DNA of 60,726 nucleotides from Deltaproteobacteria bacterium (GTDB lineage Bacteria; Myxococcota; JACRCW01): NCBI GenBank assembly GCA_016218805.1, contig JACRCW010000007.1, positions 1 to 60,726 of the forward strand, read 5' to 3'. Shown piece by piece: positions 56,901 to 60,726 of this stretch (position 1 is its first letter; each line of letters starts with the position of its first letter). The notes under the pieces were generated by a model. It saw only the letters and a program-made list of their open reading frames with translations, ran no database searches and was not told where the DNA came from. The position numbers and the translations under genes were made by a program.

Positions 56901-59202
56901 GGGCGGCTATTGGGCCTACCAGCCGGGCACGGGGACGGGTTCGTGCCGGGCGGTGTTTCCGCTGGTGGACCTGGGCGCGTGGGACGAACCGGACCTGGTC
57001 ACCCGCCTGGTGGCCACCCTGCAGGACACCGCCGGGAACACCGCCACGGTGGAGGCCAGCGTGGTGACGGACCGCGTGGCACCCACCCTCACGCGGGTTC
57101 GGCCGCGGCGTGACCGGCAACACACCACGGACGACGCGTTCCCCGCGTTGGAGGGCATGCAGCTGGTGGTGGAGGCGCGGGTGGATTCAGACGGGCGGCC
57201 GGGACGCGCGCGGCTGCTGTGCGGCGCGGCCGAATGTGGCGCCGAGCGCGAGGCCAGCGCGACCGGCGTGGTGTTTGGCGAGCTGGAGGCGGACGCGGTC
57301 ACGGTGGGTGCGGCGGGCGCCGCGCTGGCGGTGGCCATGACGCTGGAAACGCGGGACGCCGCCGGCAACCTGGCGCGGCTGACCTGGGCGCTGGAGGTGG
57401 TGGCCGGGCCGGCGGTGTTCATTGACGCGCCCGCCATGGGGACGCGCTTCAACGCGCGCGGCACCGCCGGCGCCACCGGTGACCTGGACCCAGCCACCGC
57501 CGGCGTGCAGGCCAGCATTGCCCTGGACGCGCGGGAGTGCGGGACCACCGCGGCCCCCGGCGAACTGGCGGTGACGGTGGCCGGCGTGCTGGCGGCCACC
57601 GCGGCCGTCACCACCGACGGCCCGGTGGGCTTCACCACCACGCTGGCGGAGGGGCCGCAGGTGGTGCTGCTGGCCACCTGCGCGCCCGCCGCAGGGCCCA
57701 CGGTGGGAGACGTGGTGCTGCTGAACGTGGACGGCGTGCCGCCCGCGGCAGGCAGCGTGGACGTGGAGGTGCTGGACGCGCGGCGCGGGGTGCTCCGGCT
57801 GCGTTTTGTGGCGCCAGGGGATGACGGGGAGACCGGCGCCCTGCCGCCCGGCGGCTACCGGCTGGGTTGGCGCCAGGGCAGCGCGCCGGACAGCACCTGG
57901 TTGCGCGCCCAGGAGTGGCCCGCGGACCCGGGACCCGCGGGCACGCGCGAAGCGGTGGAGCTGCGGGGTGTGCTGCCTGGCGACGTGTTCGCCGGCGTCC
58001 TGGCCGTGGACGACGCGGGCAACGAGACCCTGCTGTCCGCCCCGGCGGTGACCGTGGCCTGGCGCACGCTGAGCGTGGCCGTGCCCGGCCTGGTGGCGCT
58101 GGCGCCACGCACCCTGGACGCCGACGGTGATGGCCTGGACGACGTGGTGGCGGCCACGGGCGACGCGGCCACCGTGCTGCACGGCGGGACACCGCCCCTG
58201 GCGCGCACCGCGCGGCTGGTGGGCGGTACCTGGTCCCATGACCGCGTCCACGTGGTGGACGACCTGGACGGTGACGGACTGGCGGAAGTGGTGGCGGCCT
58301 CCCTGGCGCCAGGGGGTGGCGTGGCCCTGTGGCTGGGCCGCGCGGACGGGTGGGCGGACGGTGCGCCGCCGGATGCCACGCTGATGGATGACTCCCGCGC
58401 CGGCGCGGCGGGCCAGGAGCTGGGGGCGTGGGCCGCGGTGGGCTACCTGGACGGCGCCGGGCTGCCCTGGCTGCTGCTGGGCGCACCGTGCGGGGGCGCA
58501 CCGGCGCTGGCGCCGCGGGTGTGGGCCCTGCGCGGGGGCTCGCGCGCGGCGCTGGTGGGCGGCGGCATCCTGGGGCTGGACGCGGCCCGGCGGGGGGGCT
58601 GGGGGTTGTGCCTGGAGGGGCCGGCGGGTTCGCGGCTGGGCGCAGGGGGCGCGCTGCTGGGCAACCTGGATGCTGATGCAGCCCCGGAGCTGGCGCTGGG
58701 CGCGCCGGGCGCGGGCGCCGGCGCCGGGGCCGTGGTGATGGTGCCCATGGACGTGCCGGTGCGCGGCGGGTTCACCACCGTGCTGCCGGCCACACCGGAC
58801 GTTTCAGGCTGGACGCTGGAGGGAGAGGCGGGGGCGGGCCTGGGCGCATCCCTGGCGTTCCTGCCGGAGGCCGGCCAACCCGCGCTGCTGCTGGGTCAGA
58901 CCCATGGGCCACCCCTGGCCGCGGAGCTGCGCGGAACCACCCGGCCCCTGACCGTCCCCTGGTCCACCACCAACCTCCCGGCCGTGGCGGCGAGCGGCGA
59001 CGACCTGGACGGCGACGGGCGGTTGGACGCGGTGGGTTCCGGCGGCGCGGTGTGGCTGGGCCGCCCGCACCTGGGCCCGCGCGCCGCGCCGGACGCGGTG
59101 CTGGGGACGGCGGACGGCCTGCCGGTGGTGGCGGACGTGGACGGAGACGGCGTGCCGGACCTGGTGCTCCACGGCGAAAACGCGCTGACCGTCCTGTACT
59201 GA
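53971..59202 (+). CDS. 1743-aa surface adhesin-like lipoprotein: Ig-like repeats, FN3-like domain, FG-GAP propeller
   Basis: N-terminal WAACAAC lipobox-like motif, repeated 'VDTxAP' / 'DxAGN' Ig repeats, 'APGDDG', C-terminal DxDGDG and 'LALGAPG' repeats. Confidence 0.82.
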   Translation: MRRPPARPASRRRRLALVWAACAACTAPPPPPDGTADGVLVFVEPSAGAAFTERDDVLALQAGIQLRVSVRALWLPEGAPVSLTVDGVPEGAPVPVADGRAVFFPTFQGGPPPEGLEHRLAASAAGAAGARTTLRVTTSDAVACRFGSPLPDAVLSAAEDASTEAGFQVDAAVECSGGRAAEGSVVVEVWRGEPDGAPEARVEQPLVDGNAHFPALTLPDGSVALGAYLRRGDGTRTGHQRVRVTVDAGRCDVVLRAPSTAGWLTTRTVRDMDPGRAGLDAAVVADSRLCPSGTLVVDAPGGAVEAPVSLGTGRAVVALPEGSVSLVVGIRDVAGGREDALPVRAAFRVDTVAPCASLSWPPAGGTVTAADDEQVPPDPADGVTVTLRGRVVHGEGTEAVDLRLLGPDDALVLHASLPISADGFFQHTAPALAPGNHAVLLSAVDDHGNRCPAAPEAAAPHRFRVDTRGPAASAHLLNDVGGDGWIGRDEDAAPDEPGTQVNARVTLAGAAPAGASARLRFTSAEGVTLDLVVPLSGASADARATLADGEYVLGAVVSFTDGRPNLGAPVVRFAVDTLAPSLVMLAPADGSVIRGRTLDVTVLGPPGDPLRMHLEVAGVPWPAEAEALDGGRWRFPAVALPAGPGPHLLTARGVDRAGNPGTAQAAVTVDDTAPAAVLRGVDRDGTNRVLEGPAAGSTQPRTLLDISTPEGLAALDYDSNADTGLQYAFAVEVPVEDCPTVAAARLAIQGLADALAVTLRPAGAVCRGVVDRGGLGLTLPEGDGTAVVAVTDVAGNVGSAAVFYTVRRSGEFARIDEPADGAHLSAARVDVKASAQMLDGAACQLLVDGATVGQVPVATRMVFPGVATPATDGASSQLTLRCTRSGGGTPVLSQPVTVFRDTAAPVGTFRLRDGRPLPAFLNAAEPSDAPGPDTRLFKDLALDVDADDAGCQRLLTPLLRAEPANAAARTYDARQSVGGYWAYQPGTGTGSCRAVFPLVDLGAWDEPDLVTRLVATLQDTAGNTATVEASVVTDRVAPTLTRVRPRRDRQHTTDDAFPALEGMQLVVEARVDSDGRPGRARLLCGAAECGAEREASATGVVFGELEADAVTVGAAGAALAVAMTLETRDAAGNLARLTWALEVVAGPAVFIDAPAMGTRFNARGTAGATGDLDPATAGVQASIALDARECGTTAAPGELAVTVAGVLAATAAVTTDGPVGFTTTLAEGPQVVLLATCAPAAGPTVGDVVLLNVDGVPPAAGSVDVEVLDARRGVLRLRFVAPGDDGETGALPPGGYRLGWRQGSAPDSTWLRAQEWPADPGPAGTREAVELRGVLPGDVFAGVLAVDDAGNETLLSAPAVTVAWRTLSVAVPGLVALAPRTLDADGDGLDDVVAATGDAATVLHGGTPPLARTARLVGGTWSHDRVHVVDDLDGDGLAEVVAASLAPGGGVALWLGRADGWADGAPPDATLMDDSRAGAAGQELGAWAAVGYLDGAGLPWLLLGAPCGGAPALAPRVWALRGGSRAALVGGGILGLDAARRGGWGLCLEGPAGSRLGAGGALLGNLDADAAPELALGAPGAGAGAGAVVMVPMDVPVRGGFTTVLPATPDVSGWTLEGEAGAGLGASLAFLPEAGQPALLLGQTHGPPLAAELRGTTRPLTVPWSTTNLPAVAASGDDLDGDGRLDAVGSGGAVWLGRPHLGPRAAPDAVLGTADGLPVVADVDGDGVPDLVLHGENALTVLY

Positions 59203-59731
59203 AAGCGTGTCGGCGCGCGCATCCGCTCAACCTGGGAGAGCTCAACACCACAGGCGGTGGCGCTACGGCGGTCCGCCTCCAGTACGCACTCGCGGTTCAC
59301 CTCGTCCCTGCCCACCATCCAGGACGTCGTTGGTCCACGGCGGCGCGGACCCGGCAAGCGGACAACGCGGGTAGCCGCCCGCATCGCCGGCATCAACGAC
59401 ATGACTGGCTATCACCCGAAACGCGGTGGCCAATTTGCGCCGTTTCATGGAAGCACCTGAAGGACATCAACGCGTCTCGCACCCGGAGCGCCGCAGACGG
59501 AACCACCTTCCGCGCCCAAGCCGCAATGGGGTCCCGGGGACGGGCCACCCATACCCGCAGCGGACCCTATTGAGGCAGTCCGGATTGCCATGGCGAGGCC
59601 CCTCCCGCTTGGGGAGCCTACGCGGAGGGATTCTTCGGACAAACGAATATCTGCACCCGCCGAGATCCGGGCGTGCAGCCAGCTGGCGATGTGTTGCTTG
59701 GCGGGAGGCCGGCGCTTGGGGCGCCCCTCCG

Positions 59732-60676
59732 TCAGTTGCCCATGATGGACGGAGCACCGCCGGAGGTGGCGGCCGCGTCAGCGGAGCGTGCGTCTTCCAC
59801 TTCCGCGCTCACCGGGCCACCAATGCCGGCGCCCAGGGCGGCCAGCGGCACTGCCAGGGCCACCGTGATGGCGCCGGTGAGGGCCAGTGCACGGCCATTG
59901 GACGTGGAGACGTCGCCCACCAGCCGGTCGCGGAATTCACGCATGGGCTCCGGCGGGGTGGTGATGAGCAGGTAGGAGGCCACCATGCCAATGGCGCCGC
60001 CCACACCGCCAAAGAACAGCGCGCCCAGCACGGGCCCCAGCCAACTGGGCTGCGGTCCCAGCAGCGGGCGGACCAGACGCTGCAGCGCGGCGGAAGCCGC
60101 CACGCCGGCCACCAGCACCGTTCCCACGGCCGCCGCGGTCACCAGCATGCTGACGGGAACGCCCAGGAGGCTCTGGTCGCTTGCCTGCTGCGGGAGCAAC
60201 CACGGGAGCAGCGCCAACGGCGCGGCCACCATCCAGCCCAGCGCCAGGATGGCCGCACCACCCGCGGCGCCGGACACCGCGTCCATGAACAGGCGCTGGG
60301 TGAGGGAGCCGCGCACGTCAGAGGGCGTGAGCAGCGGGATGCTGAGCTTGCCGGTTTCCGCCGACGGCACCGACGGCACCAACGGCACCGCCGGGGCCGG
60401 CGCGGGGGCAGGTGTGGCTGCGGGGGCGGGCTCGGCCTGCGGGGCGGGGTCCGCGGCAGGCTGCTCCGCGGCGGGCTGCTCCGGGGCGGGCGCGTTCTCG
60501 GGCGGCGGCATGGGCGGCGCTTCGGGCGTGCCCTCCGGCGCGGGCGCCGGTGCGGGCTGGTCACCGTCAGCCTGCGGGGCCGGCATGCTGGAACCCTGCG
60601 CGCGCAGGACGGGAGCGGCCGCCGTGCACAGCGCGACGACCAGGCCAACGTGGAGCAAACCCTTGCGATCGATCAT
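59732..60676 (-). CDS. Hypothetical membrane protein with signal peptide and Pro/Ala linker
   Basis: Signal peptide ending LRA|Q, PA-rich linker, four hydrophobic helices. Confidence 0.65.
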   Translation of the reverse strand: MIDRKGLLHVGLVVALCTAAAPVLRAQGSSMPAPQADGDQPAPAPAPEGTPEAPPMPPPENAPAPEQPAAEQPAADPAPQAEPAPAATPAPAPAPAVPLVPSVPSAETGKLSIPLLTPSDVRGSLTQRLFMDAVSGAAGGAAILALGWMVAAPLALLPWLLPQQASDQSLLGVPVSMLVTAAAVGTVLVAGVAASAALQRLVRPLLGPQPSWLGPVLGALFFGGVGGAIGMVASYLLITTPPEPMREFRDRLVGDVSTSNGRALALTGAITVALAVPLAALGAGIGGPVSAEVEDARSADAAATSGGAPSIMGN

Positions 60677-60726
60677 GGGACCTGCCCTTGATGCCCGGAG
60701 ACGGACGGCCACCGCGGCCGCCCGGG

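Noticed and set aside
1..60726. Many long overlapping ORFs (e.g. 6866-8905+, 13496-16576+, 16682-19429+, 34506-36593+, 54150-56093-)
   Set aside because: Arg/Gly/Ala-rich shadow frames of real genes in high-GC DNA, with no motifs.
1..60726. CRISPR array, rRNA, integrase/transposase, prophage
   Set aside because: No regularly spaced repeat-spacer units or recognisable motifs seen by eye.

Overview
High-GC bacterial DNA. The gene content (TIGR04563-type small protein, FrzS/AglZ-like coiled-coil pseudo-receiver, CglB-like vWA protein, many Cys-rich lipoproteins) points to Myxococcota. The left ~22 kb is accessory. Its core is a four-gene minus-strand operon (19684->3335) that looks like an unusual Sec-exported, lipoprotein-anchored Tc (ABC)-toxin system: a signal-peptide-bearing TcB-TcC (SpvB/FG-GAP/Rhs) fusion with a 213-aa C-terminal cargo, a small lipoprotein, a 2090-aa lipoprotein ending in a TcA-like channel and TcB-binding region, and a 1088-aa Cys-rich lipoprotein. 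Transcribed divergently is a small array of tail-fibre-like secreted proteins with a shared N-terminal domain and different tips (one Link-module-like), plus a decayed third copy. The rest is mostly core genome: FAR-like SDR/fabH/fabK-like, tRNA-Gln-prs, tRNA-Gln, tRNA-Glu followed by a small HEPN islet, an MCP, a CDF transporter, rpoZ-rsmA-mutM, dNK-panB-smpB and large adhesins. No CRISPR array, rRNA, integrase or transposase was seen. All family calls come from motifs recognised by eye; no searches were run.
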